From assembly GCA_004524535.1 (NCBI GenBank), contig SDNY01000081.1, positions 1 through 16,298 of the forward strand: a stretch of 16,298 nt of DNA. The letters are read 5' to 3'. The stretch is from Promethearchaeota archaeon (GTDB lineage Archaea; Asgardarchaeota; Lokiarchaeia; Sigyniarchaeales; SOKP01). Within the stretch, counting starts at the first letter, position 1. Each line of letters begins with the position of its first letter. Below, piece by piece: positions 7,546-16,241 of the stretch. The position numbers were made by a program, and so were the translations under genes. The notes below the pieces were generated by a model. That model did no database searches, was not told where the DNA came from, and saw only the letters and a program-made list of their open reading frames with translations.

Positions 7546-9546
7546 CTACTCTTTAGGAGTATCAATTATATGTAAAGAAAAAACATCTGCAGCAGTTATT
7601 TGATTGTTTTTTATCGTAAAATACCTAAAACCTGGAGCTTTAAACTTATCTTTTAACGATATGGGACCAACCGCTTGAGTTTGGAAGACAAAAGGTTTAT
7701 AGACATCGAACCAAATTTCTAATTCATTCTGATCTTTGAATTTTTTGAAAAAATCTCTATATTTGTTAGTATAAACTTCTACAGGTACGGTAACGTGAAT
7801 AGGGAAAAAGAAATATCCAAATTTGATTTTCTCGGGATTTTTTGTCTCTTTTAATCTAAATTCTTTAAGGGTATGGGTGTGGCCACAGAGTACCAAATCT
7901 ATTTTTCTTCTGATTATCTCATCTGAACCTGTAAAAACCCTAAGGAGATTAGCCCAATTATACATTATTGTTTGATATTTTAAATTTAATGCTCGATCTA
8001 CTCTAGAATCTCCAACATACTTCTCTAAATTATTCTCATAAAAATCACTCCACATTATTTTTCGGTTCAATTTAAAAATCTTTTTAAATTTCCTCTGCGT
8101 CGATCGTCCAAGACGGGGAGATATAGGAGGAGTGTGCATAACGACAATAATTTTCTCATTATGTGATAATCTTATGTATGCTCTTAAAAGTTCAACTTGA
8201 TAATCTTTTATTCCTTTAGTAGAGGGTCCACCACTTAATAGATCATGCGTATTAGCAGTAGAATCTTGGCCAGTATCAAGAAAGATAAAATTGTATTCAT
8301 TCCCAATTTTCAATTTATAATTCAAATTGGGATTCAAATATTTAAAGTAATCCCTTAAGTACTTATCCTTTGAACGTATAACTGTAAAATAATTAAAGAA
8401 TTTAATGTCATAATAACCTTTAATATCTTTGCGAGTCATTCCAAATATTTTACGTACTTTAGTAAATCTTAAACTATAATGGCCCTTACGATAATCATGA
8501 TTACCTACTAAAGTGAAAATCGGGGCTAAGATTTCTTCTTTATTGATGTATTCATCTTCAGTGAAATATGGATATTTGTCTAACCCCCTATTCACACCGA
8601 GTAAGATTTCGATAAACACGATAAAATTGTTTTTATATTGATAATTCCCTCTGGCTATATTAAGATAATCGATTAAATCCCCCGTCATTAAAACAAAATC
8701 TAATTCATTCTCTTTAACCCTCTCGTTAATATAATTAATCAATTTTCTTATATTTTGGTTGAAATTATATTTAGCATATTTTAACTCATTTAGATGGTAT
8801 TCCTGAAATTCCTTTTTAAATTCAAAATCTCTGGTTAAAATAAAATGAGCTTTGCTTGAAAGTTTCTTTTTTAGAGTCCTATATTTTTTAATTTTATCTT
8901 TTGCTTTATCTTTTAAAAACTTCGAAATAAAATCATTTCTTCGAGCAACATGAAAATCTGTAGCGTGAATAAATTTAAAATTAGCCCAATCCTTATCAAA
9001 AAACGCAATTGCATGATAATTAATTTTATCTTCAATTAAATTGGGAATATCGTGAATTATATCAAATAATAAAGAAGTTCTATTAGATTTTTTTAAGAGT
9101 TTATGAATTATTTTTATATCTTTCACTTGGAATTTGATTTTATAAAGATCTTTTCTCTCTCCAAAAAGATCTTCAATTTGTAACATAGTATTAAAAATAT
9201 CCCATATTTCACAATGTTCTTCTTTTAATACACCATCTTCTCTAAAATCCAATTTCTTTACTTTTTCAATCTCCTGTATTTGTAAAGGATATCTTTCACC
9301 TCTCCTTTTAGAAAAATCTCCTTTCTCCTTTAAAATAGGTTGAATAAATAAATTCAAATGAAAAAATTGTAAAATTTCTTTTACATTTTGCCCAGGAATC
9401 GCAATTATTAATGCATCAAAAACAATTTTTTTGATAAAATTACCATTATCGTCCATATAATCTCTTAAATTTATTAATATTGGTTGCCCCAGATTAGGCT
9501 TGATGATTATAGGAAATTTCCCTGTTTTCAAGTCTAAATTAAACAT
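7546..9546 (-). CDS. Large calcineurin-like metallophosphoesterase
   Basis: All five motifs are present in order: HATDFH, TGDLID, GNHD, VMHTP and GHTH. Confidence 0.88.
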   Translation of the reverse strand: MFNLDLKTGKFPIIIKPNLGQPILINLRDYMDDNGNFIKKIVFDALIIAIPGQNVKEILQFFHLNLFIQPILKEKGDFSKRRGERYPLQIQEIEKVKKLDFREDGVLKEEHCEIWDIFNTMLQIEDLFGERKDLYKIKFQVKDIKIIHKLLKKSNRTSLLFDIIHDIPNLIEDKINYHAIAFFDKDWANFKFIHATDFHVARRNDFISKFLKDKAKDKIKKYRTLKKKLSSKAHFILTRDFEFKKEFQEYHLNELKYAKYNFNQNIRKLINYINERVKENELDFVLMTGDLIDYLNIARGNYQYKNNFIVFIEILLGVNRGLDKYPYFTEDEYINKEEILAPIFTLVGNHDYRKGHYSLRFTKVRKIFGMTRKDIKGYYDIKFFNYFTVIRSKDKYLRDYFKYLNPNLNYKLKIGNEYNFIFLDTGQDSTANTHDLLSGGPSTKGIKDYQVELLRAYIRLSHNEKIIVVMHTPPISPRLGRSTQRKFKKIFKLNRKIMWSDFYENNLEKYVGDSRVDRALNLKYQTIMYNWANLLRVFTGSDEIIRRKIDLVLCGHTHTLKEFRLKETKNPEKIKFGYFFFPIHVTVPVEVYTNKYRDFFKKFKDQNELEIWFDVYKPFVFQTQAVGPISLKDKFKAPGFRYFTIKNNQITAADVFSLHIIDTPKE

Positions 9547-9624
9547 CTTTAAGAGATTTTAAATATTTGAATTACTAATGAATAAAATGTATAATATATA
9601 ATAAATAGAGTTTTATATTAAAAT

Positions 9625-11100
9625 ATGGAGCGTCTTTATCAACCTGATTTTAGTTGCATTTTTGGAAAAAGTTTTGCTAATGCTTTTCTTTACGGACAAG
9701 TAGATTCTTTAGTTTGGGCTGTTTTTAAGGATATAGATAAGTCTGAAACACTGCAAAATTTATTAAAATTAAAAAATCCAGATGGACACGAATACTTTTA
9801 TAATAGAAATATAAGCATAAATGATGAAAAAGTAGAATTAGACTGTTCCAATATACAACTTGCTTTAATTCAAGGAATGAATTTAGGAAGAGAATATGGC
9901 ATTGCTAATTCAGATGTATTATCGGTTGTAAAAAAGGACTCAAAAATTTTTATTGGAGTTTTGTCTTATAATTTATCCAATATCTCATCCTTTAATGACC
10001 TATTAATAGATTTAGAAAAAATTGAGAAAGAAATAAAAATTGCAGGAATAGTGCTTTTTCCTTCCTATACAAAATTAGATTTAGCAAATAACAGTGTTCT
10101 TAATGAGTTAATGCCCTACTGCAAAGAAAAGAATTATTTTATCAAAATTGATATTGGAAATCTAGCGTTCCCTGAAAATTATCCTGAATTTACATCTTAC
10201 GAGAAAATTAAATCGTTTCTTTCAAAATATCCTGAAAATATCGTCGTTTTAAGTGGTTTGGACATTTCTGGAGATCTTAATCTATATTATCAACTGGTAA
10301 AACTATACAATAATTTATGGATTGAGATTGACCCAAGATGCATTAGCGGGATGACTCCAACAGATTGTTTTAAAGAAATATTTTCAATTAAAGGTTTTAT
10401 TCAAAATTGTTGGCAAAGAATATTAATAGGAAGCGCAACTCCAACATTAGAAATTTCTCAAATCGTAAGAGGCTTTTTAGAAGCAACAGAAGATCTTCCT
10501 TTCTCTCAAAAATGTATCTTAAGAACATGGGGATTTCGAAATGGTAATAGACTAAATTCCTCAATCTTCTCTATTGAAAATATAGATTTAAATCAGTTTG
10601 AGACTATTATAAAAATTGAAAATCCTTATGTTCTCGAAAGTGAAAATGAAGTTAATCTCGTTTACAACATTAAATTAAGAAGTTTCAGCATTACTCAATT
10701 ACTCTATTTAACTCAATTAATAAAAGACGTTCTTAGCGATTCATTAAATAAGTTTCCAAATTTACAAAATGGAGAGGTTTTTATTAGAACTTATCACACC
10801 ACCACATCTTTAATCGTTAATGAACATGAATTTGGAAATTATCTTGATATGCACTATATGTTTGCCGAAATTACAAGAAAGGATAGCTCAAAGGCTTTAC
10901 ATACTGTTAGAGCGTTAGAAAATCGAGCTGATTTTAATCCCCATGACCATGAGATCGCTACAACATATGGTCATAAACAACTGATTCTTCCTATTATAAA
11001 AAGAAATTTAGAGATTGGAAGCCGCGAGAGTTTCTATATTCTGGTTACTTTTGGACCAAGAATATTTCAGCTATACATTAGAATTAAATTATTAAAATAA
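9625..11100 (+). CDS. Fusion of a degenerate amidohydrolase_2-type TIM barrel and a C-terminal YjbQ (UPF0047) domain
   Basis: N-terminal part: GIVLFP, KYPENIVVL, NNLWIEI and RILIGSATP follow the amidohydrolase_2 pattern. C-terminal part: HTTTSLIVNE, ILPII..LEIG and FGPR follow YjbQ. Confidence 0.75.
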   Translation: MERLYQPDFSCIFGKSFANAFLYGQVDSLVWAVFKDIDKSETLQNLLKLKNPDGHEYFYNRNISINDEKVELDCSNIQLALIQGMNLGREYGIANSDVLSVVKKDSKIFIGVLSYNLSNISSFNDLLIDLEKIEKEIKIAGIVLFPSYTKLDLANNSVLNELMPYCKEKNYFIKIDIGNLAFPENYPEFTSYEKIKSFLSKYPENIVVLSGLDISGDLNLYYQLVKLYNNLWIEIDPRCISGMTPTDCFKEIFSIKGFIQNCWQRILIGSATPTLEISQIVRGFLEATEDLPFSQKCILRTWGFRNGNRLNSSIFSIENIDLNQFETIIKIENPYVLESENEVNLVYNIKLRSFSITQLLYLTQLIKDVLSDSLNKFPNLQNGEVFIRTYHTTTSLIVNEHEFGNYLDMHYMFAEITRKDSSKALHTVRALENRADFNPHDHEIATTYGHKQLILPIIKRNLEIGSRESFYILVTFGPRIFQLYIRIKLLK

Positions 11101-11234
11101 GAATTAAAAGAGAATTAAATTTTAAATTAAATTAGGATCCTCCACTACAGATAATTTTGAACCACCTATAACGCGTTTCCTTTCTTAAGTTTTTATACTT
11201 TTCAGTCGTAATTATATGTAAAATTCGATTAAAG

Positions 11235-11265
11235 ACATCGATAAAAATTAGAAATTTTTCGATGT
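11235..11265. repeat. Imperfect inverted repeat / hairpin
   Basis: ACATCG(AT)AAAAATT-AGA-AATTTTTCGATGT forms 13 bp with a 2-nt bulge. Confidence 0.55.
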
Positions 11266-11275
11266 GCCATATCAA

Positions 11276-11354
11276 TTCTCATATTTAAACTTATGTACAA
11301 AATTTTGAATTTATTTTAAAAAATCGGAAAAAATCAAACATTTAAATATGAGAA
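11276..11354. promoter_or_regulatory. Perfect 14-bp inverted repeat with a 51-bp spacer, each arm containing a TATA-like TTTAAATA
   Basis: TTCTCATATTTAAA (11276-11289) is the exact reverse complement of TTTAAATATGAGAA (11341-11354). Any regulatory role is inferred. Confidence 0.5.
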
Positions 11355-11528
11355 AAGGGTCTAGATCTTAAACATTTTTTTTATCAGATGATTATATGAT
11401 CAATTATCTATTTGTTTCAAAGACTATTTTAATAAAAAATCATCTAGGTTATTTTTGTTATTTAAATGAAAATTAAGTTTTTAAAATCTGTAATTATAAT
11501 AACTTATCAATAAGAATATATTAAATGT

Positions 11529-12995
11529 ATGATCTATAAAAGCGATAAAATGTCAGACGACGAAGAAGAGGAGAAAAACAGCAAAACAGAGAAGGATGTT
11601 GAGAAGGTAGATAAGGAATTCTTATCGAAAGCTAAAGATTCAAGAGATATGATTGATAAAAAGTTGAGAACATTTGAAAACACGATAACAGATATTTCAA
11701 AGACTAAGGAGGATAAGGAAAAAAACAGAGAAGAGGACAAAAAAGAAAAACCTCAAATTCAAGGAGATCTAAATGAAGTACAGAGTCAATTTGAATCCAT
11801 TTCAAAAAAAATAGATGACAAAAAGGACTATTTATCGGCTTTAGAAGTAAAAATTACTGCGCTTGAAGAGAGTTATAATCGAAAAAATGAAGAAAATATC
11901 AATATAGAAGAACAGTTAAAAATTACTAGAGAAAGTAAAGAGGCTTTAGATGAGGAATATAAAGAATTATTAAGAAATAACGAACAATTAGTAAAAACAT
12001 ATGAAAACAGACAAGTCGATCTAATTGTTCTTATAGACAGTATCAAGGAAAAAGTTACAGCTCAAGACGATCTAAGGGCAAAGATTGCGAAATTAAACAA
12101 GGAAGTTGAAGAAAATGAAAACAATCTCGTTAAGAAAAGAGAAGAAGCGGAAATGATTGAGCAAAAATTAAAAAGCCTAAGAACTGAGAACGATTCTCTT
12201 AAAGTCTCAATCGATAAAAATAAAATTGAGTATCAACATATTGAAAAATTAGCTGAGGCAAAAGAAGAAGAATTAAAGTTATTAAACGAACAATTAGACA
12301 AAAAAGAAGATAGAATAAAAGAGATTGAGGCACTGCTAAAGGAATATAGCGAAGGATTTCCTGAAAAGGAAAAACAAAAGCAAACATATGATGAACTTCT
12401 TGAAAAATATAAAGTTCAACTTACGGAGAAACAACAAGATTTGATTGGTATTGAATCACGACTACAATCATTAAATGAAACAGTAGAATCTCTTGAGGAA
12501 CAGATTTCTAAGAAAACTGAAGCAATTGAAGTAAGTGAGAAAAGATTAACAGATATTAAAAATGCAATTGAAGATTCAACAACAGAATATAATGAACGAG
12601 AAGAGCGTCTTGTTGCTACAACTGAGAAATTAGAGATTTTTAAAGAAGAATATGACAAATTGGTTAAAAATAAGGAAGTAATTGAGGAAAGTATCAAGGA
12701 TTCTAGAGAACTCTTTCAAAAATTAAAAGCGGAATTAGAAGTTCAAGAAAAGGAAATAAGAGATAAAGAATCAAGAATAGACCGATTGAAATTTCTCTCA
12801 AGGACTTATAGAGTGTCAAAAGTCTATGGTGGTATTCTCATTGGACTTGGGATTATTTTTGTAGTTTTAAGTTTTGGCTATCTCATTAATATCATTAACT
12901 TTGGAGCTGCGGATAATATTTTCATTTTTGTGTTTCTACTTATTGCTGCCATCACTGGGGGAATTTCAGGAATTTTTCATTTAGTAAAATCTTAA
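11529..12995 (+). CDS. Long coiled-coil protein with C-terminal two-TM membrane anchor
   Basis: About 350 aa of E/K/L/I heptad-rich sequence, then two hydrophobic helices (VYGGILIGLGIIFVVLSFGYLINII and IFIFVFLLIAAITGGISGIFHLV). No Walker A motif or signal peptide. Alternative start ATG 11550. Confidence 0.85.
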   Translation: MIYKSDKMSDDEEEEKNSKTEKDVEKVDKEFLSKAKDSRDMIDKKLRTFENTITDISKTKEDKEKNREEDKKEKPQIQGDLNEVQSQFESISKKIDDKKDYLSALEVKITALEESYNRKNEENINIEEQLKITRESKEALDEEYKELLRNNEQLVKTYENRQVDLIVLIDSIKEKVTAQDDLRAKIAKLNKEVEENENNLVKKREEAEMIEQKLKSLRTENDSLKVSIDKNKIEYQHIEKLAEAKEEELKLLNEQLDKKEDRIKEIEALLKEYSEGFPEKEKQKQTYDELLEKYKVQLTEKQQDLIGIESRLQSLNETVESLEEQISKKTEAIEVSEKRLTDIKNAIEDSTTEYNEREERLVATTEKLEIFKEEYDKLVKNKEVIEESIKDSRELFQKLKAELEVQEKEIRDKESRIDRLKFLSRTYRVSKVYGGILIGLGIIFVVLSFGYLINIINFGAADNIFIFVFLLIAAITGGISGIFHLVKS

Positions 12996-13068
12996 ATTTT
13001 AGAAAATTTTGAATTTTTATAATAATATCCAAATTAATTTTTAAATACAATATTAGATGACATAAGGT

Positions 13069-14970
13069 TTGTCAGAATCTGAATCTGAGGAAATTATAAT
13101 AGGTCCTCAAGAGAAAAAATATGGAATAATAACCGGAATTTTATATGGAGTTGGATGTGGAATTGGGGGCTCCATATTTATTTTATTAGGCATAGGGATT
13201 GATGTTGCAGGTCCTGGCGTCCTTATAAGTTTAATACTTGGAGGTATCTTAATATTATTTATTGCCTTAAATTATTCTGAGCTCTCAACTAGTTTACCTA
13301 TCTCAGGAGGGGCTTATAATTTTAGTAAAGAGGCAGTTGGTGGATTTTCAGCATTTATTATTGGATTTCTTCTATGGATCGCAAATATAGCTACATGTTC
13401 CTTCTCTGCTCAAGCTCTAACCTTGATTATAATTATATTCTTTCCATTTTTGAATAATTTTTTGTTTCTAATTATGATTTCTGTCTTTTCAGTTTTACTT
13501 ATTAGTTTAGTTTTTTTCAGAACTCAAAGATTTGCCATAAGAACTCTATTAATCCTAACTCTTGTCTTGATTGTGATTTTTTCAATCTTTATAATCGCCG
13601 GATTAATTATTTCGCCAATTACAAATCCCATTGGGTATAATCCTAACTATTTAAATACAAGTACAAGTTTTTATGGAGTTATTTACATGTTTGCGTTTTT
13701 ATTTATCTTTTTCACATCAATCACTCAAAATTTGGCATATTTTAATGCTGGTCTTAAGAAACCTTCAAAAAATATACCAATAGTGAATATTTTAGCCATT
13801 ATGTTAACACTTATAATATATTTATCAATCACATTTGTTGTATTAATTAATATTGGCAATAAAAAGGAAGGATTGAGCCATTCTCCTTTACTATTAGGTG
13901 AAATATTATATAATATAATAGGACCAGTAGGTTTTTATTTAATGGGTTTTGCTGCTATTATTTCAATTCTGATCGCGATGAATGCCTCTTTAGGTTCAGC
14001 AGTAAGTGTTTTTCAGGCTCTTTCGAGAGATCATTACTTTCCTAAAATATTTAATGAAGTTAGCAAAAAATCTAATGTGCCAATATATTCATTAATCATT
14101 ACAACTATCGTAGTTATAATTTTTACGTTTCTTGCTGTAATTTACGCAAATATTGGTTTTACAGCTGAAATTACAAGTTTTACCTTTTTACTTGGATTAG
14201 CATTTATTAATTTAACAGCTATTAATTTAAGATATAAACGAAAGGCATTGGATAGACCATTTAAAGCTCCTTTTTTTCCTTTTCTACCGATAATAGTAAC
14301 CATTACTTGTCTAATATTAGCATTATTTGTATTGGAACCAGCAGCTATTTTCTTAGGTCTAATTATATTTGCAATAGCAATATTATATTATTTATTAACG
14401 ATTGTGGACAGATATTCTCTTGTTATGACTTTAGCTGGAATTAAAATTTTATGCGTAATTATTGTGGGATTTTCTATTTGGATTATAAATAATGTAACCA
14501 TCATTAGTGTGACAATTTCTGGATTAGATACATTATTTTCTAGGTTTTTATTAAGAATACTGATAATTATATGTATAATTTCAATCGGCACAATTGTACT
14601 TGATATTATCCCCCTTCGGGAATTTGTTTTTTTCTTTACTCGAAAGTTAGACAAGAAAAAGGTAGCAATAGACCTTGGTTTCGGTCAGATTATTGAACTT
14701 GATAAGACAAAAGTCAAAATAATTTACAGAATTAATTTTATCATTGCTGTCATCCAAATGCTATCCGCTATTTATATATTTTTTCTCGTTTATTTATTTG
14801 GAATGGGATATATATCACTCGAAAAAATAGTAATTAGTGGTATCATCATAAGGCAAACCATGGCAGAATATCTTATCATATCAAATTTAATATTATTCGG
14901 CTTTACTCTATTAGTTAGTGGAGGTTTAATGATTTATATTAGTCGAGAAGTGTTAGCTCTTGGAATGTAA
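13069..14970 (+). CDS. APC-family amino acid permease with extended multi-TM C-terminus
   Basis: GCGIGGSIF, AGPGVLIS, YSELSTSLPISGGAY, KKPSKNIP, ALSRDHYFP and RPFKAPFFP motifs. TTG start. Confidence 0.88.
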   Translation: MSESESEEIIIGPQEKKYGIITGILYGVGCGIGGSIFILLGIGIDVAGPGVLISLILGGILILFIALNYSELSTSLPISGGAYNFSKEAVGGFSAFIIGFLLWIANIATCSFSAQALTLIIIIFFPFLNNFLFLIMISVFSVLLISLVFFRTQRFAIRTLLILTLVLIVIFSIFIIAGLIISPITNPIGYNPNYLNTSTSFYGVIYMFAFLFIFFTSITQNLAYFNAGLKKPSKNIPIVNILAIMLTLIIYLSITFVVLINIGNKKEGLSHSPLLLGEILYNIIGPVGFYLMGFAAIISILIAMNASLGSAVSVFQALSRDHYFPKIFNEVSKKSNVPIYSLIITTIVVIIFTFLAVIYANIGFTAEITSFTFLLGLAFINLTAINLRYKRKALDRPFKAPFFPFLPIIVTITCLILALFVLEPAAIFLGLIIFAIAILYYLLTIVDRYSLVMTLAGIKILCVIIVGFSIWIINNVTIISVTISGLDTLFSRFLLRILIIICIISIGTIVLDIIPLREFVFFFTRKLDKKKVAIDLGFGQIIELDKTKVKIIYRINFIIAVIQMLSAIYIFFLVYLFGMGYISLEKIVISGIIIRQTMAEYLIISNLILFGFTLLVSGGLMIYISREVLALGM

Positions 14971-14972
14971 AA

Positions 14973-15701
14973 ATGAATTATCCTAAAACAAATCTACATA
15001 CACATTCAGTTTTTTCCGATGGAAAAAATAGTATTAAACAGATGGTAGCTATAGCACTTAAATTAAAAATAAACTATCTTGCTATTACAGACCATTTTTC
15101 AGATTCTTGGAAATGTAAAATAATACCTACTCTAAATACAGCTGAAAAAATTGAGGATTACTTAATTAAAATTGAAAATTGCCAGAGATATTTAAAGACC
15201 AACAATAAAAATCTGAGACTTTTTAAGGGAATTGAAATAGATATAGGAAGCTCAGAAAAGGGAATAAAGAAACTTATCAGGCCTCAAGATTTTGATATAA
15301 TATTATTTGAGTATTTAGAAACTCCTGAGAGCGTGGCTTATGTTAGAAATATAATTCAATATTGGAAAAAATTAAATCCCATTAATAATAAGTTTCCAAT
15401 ATTAGGATTAGCTCATTTTGATCCTTCTAATTTTATCTATCACGGTTTAGATTCATTAATTTATTTTCTCAAAGAGTTTAAAATTTATTATGAATTTAAC
15501 TCAAGTTATTATGAATACTTCTCTAGAAAAAATGAATTATTTTTTAAGAAATTAAAAGAACATAATATATATGTAGCGATAGGAAGCGATGCACATAATT
15601 CAAATGGGTTGGATTTTATTGAAGAACCATTAAAAATGATTGAAATTTATAACCTCGAGAATAATTTTAACCTTTTTTTAGAAAGATTGAAAAATAGATA
15701 A
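14973..15701 (+). CDS. PHP-domain phosphoesterase (HisJ/YcdX-like)
   Basis: NLHTHSVFSDG, AITDH, GIEID, LAH, EFNSS and GSDAH motifs. Starts 2 bp after the permease stop. Confidence 0.9.
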   Translation: MNYPKTNLHTHSVFSDGKNSIKQMVAIALKLKINYLAITDHFSDSWKCKIIPTLNTAEKIEDYLIKIENCQRYLKTNNKNLRLFKGIEIDIGSSEKGIKKLIRPQDFDIILFEYLETPESVAYVRNIIQYWKKLNPINNKFPILGLAHFDPSNFIYHGLDSLIYFLKEFKIYYEFNSSYYEYFSRKNELFFKKLKEHNIYVAIGSDAHNSNGLDFIEEPLKMIEIYNLENNFNLFLERLKNR

Positions 15702-15715
15702 AATGGAGTTTATTA

Positions 15716-16144
15716 TTATTTTGAAAAAGATAAATTAACCGTTCCACTCATTACTCTTTCGTTATTTATTTTTTCAACTTGATATTCACAATATACGACT
15801 TTTCTTTTATCTTCTTGCTTAATATCAATAATTTTTCCATTAAATATTATTTCATCATTAGGATACACAGGATTCTCAAATTTAATCGTAATGCTGGATA
15901 ACGCATTTATATTACCATCAATCCAATCAATAATCCATTTAGGAACAAAAGAAAACAAAAAATTCCCGGCTATAAGGATATCATCATAACCTAATCGATT
16001 ATGGACATATAATTTGCTAAGATGCATAGGATTGATTTCTTTTGCTAATTTATTGTATTGTTTATAGGTTTTTTTTTCCATTTTAACTTTAAAAGATGGA
16101 ATCTCTTGTCCTATTTCTATTTTTTTTGTTATCATTATATACAC
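15716..16144 (-). CDS. MaoC-like hot-dog fold dehydratase / (R)-enoyl-CoA hydratase-like protein
   Basis: EINPMH, GYDDILIAG and IKFENPVYPNDEI..GKI motifs. Start is GTG 16144 or, more likely, ATG 16135 with AGGAAG upstream. Confidence 0.8.
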   Translation of the reverse strand: MYIMITKKIEIGQEIPSFKVKMEKKTYKQYNKLAKEINPMHLSKLYVHNRLGYDDILIAGNFLFSFVPKWIIDWIDGNINALSSITIKFENPVYPNDEIIFNGKIIDIKQEDKRKVVYCEYQVEKINNERVMSGTVNLSFSK

Positions 16145-16241
16145 TTCCTAATGAGTTTATTTTTAAATCTATAAATAAACCTTATTTTTAAAAATTATAA
16201 ATCTTATTCCGACTAAAATCGTGATTATCTCAATCCTAAAA

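Noticed and set aside
11132-11275. 47-aa minus-strand ORF (TTG start, MIWHIEKFLIF...IICSGGS)
   Set aside because: Non-ATG start lying too close to the TATA-like box, no recognisable motif, and length compatible with chance.
11529-12995. SMC/Rad50 or myosin-like annotation of the coiled-coil protein
   Set aside because: No Walker A/B motifs, hinge, zinc hook or motor domain. Any such hit would reflect coiled-coil composition.
4561-14654. ORFs 4561..4758 (+) and 7231..7485, 11534..11740, 12199..12387, 12416..12697, 14388..14654 (-)
   Set aside because: Antisense to strong genes. Their composition mirrors the codon bias of the sense strand.
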